Shown: one piece after another, positions 61,556-62,000 of the stretch
Position numbering within the stretch: the stretch's first letter is position 1
Layout of the letters: every line of letters begins with the position of its first letter
Source of the DNA: Chiloscyllium plagiosum
Lineage: Eukaryota
DNA: 62,000 nucleotides
Direction of reading: 5' to 3'
NCBI RefSeq assembly: GCF_004010195.1
Contig: NC_057751.1
Location: forward strand, 2,515,286 to 2,577,285
Notes under the pieces: generated by a model
What the model was told of the DNA's origin: nothing
What the model saw: only the letters and a program-made list of their open reading frames with translations
The model's database searches: none
Translations under genes and position numbers: made by a program

Positions 61556-62000
61556 TGCCTTTGCTTGACAACAATGATTGAGAAAAGTTGTGCAGTGCCT
61601 GCACATCATTTTTGATCAGAGAACATTTTGTCCACTTTTACAACTGTTAAACAAAGAAAGACCTGCACATACATTGTGCTGTTCAATAAATTGGGACCTC
61701 CCAAAGATTTTCACTTAAACACAGATGGTGAATTCATCCAAGAAGATATTCCTCCAGACAGTGTGTGGACACTGAATATTGGCAGGCTGTTCAAAAATAC
61801 TGTGACAATTCCATCACAGATCACAGGGATAGAATTGGAAACTTTAATGTTCAGTTGTTCATTTATTCTGTGTTTGATTTGTGACTCTGATAACTGTGGT
61901 TAAGCTTGTGTGTGGACCAGGAGATAAATAAACAAACATCACAGATGCAATGGGAAACTGAGCATGGTACAGACTATGGTATTTTCCCAGATGAACACTC

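Noticed and set aside
61628..61903. 91-aa ORF with an ACAG acceptor-like site near 61722
   Set aside because: No recognisable domain, no clear donor, and its start lies in SINE-tail-like sequence.

Overview
This 62-kb window is eukaryotic, non-genic and dominated by repeats. The repeat complement (HE1/V-SINE-type and Deu-domain SINEs, abundant CR1 LINEs) points to a cartilaginous fish, most likely a shark; this is inferred from recalled family consensus, not from a search. I recognise no host protein-coding exon. Every interpretable ORF is a decayed retroelement fragment: CR1 (ORF1 esterase, endonuclease, RT), a second CR1/L2-group LINE, Rex1/Babar, Tx1-like, and at least three Penelope-like element (PLE) families with RT and GIY-YIG remnants. 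There are also solo LTRs of three families, a Tc1/mariner-type MITE, a SINE-derived minisatellite and two N-gaps. The most interesting layer is RNA. The PLE pseudo-LTRs (pLTRs) carry minimal type-I hammerhead ribozyme (HHR) motifs: CUGAnGA, stem II, GAAA, palindromic ACGU or AGCU, then UH. About ten copies are visible and at least one looks fully intact (19591-19630, minus strand). They occur in inverted-arm insertions with 14-15 bp target-site duplications (TSDs), in ~220-bp palindromes, and in 85-124 bp ribozyme-centred insertions with their own 13-bp TSDs. Repeat boundaries not fixed by a TSD are approximate (within tens of bases).
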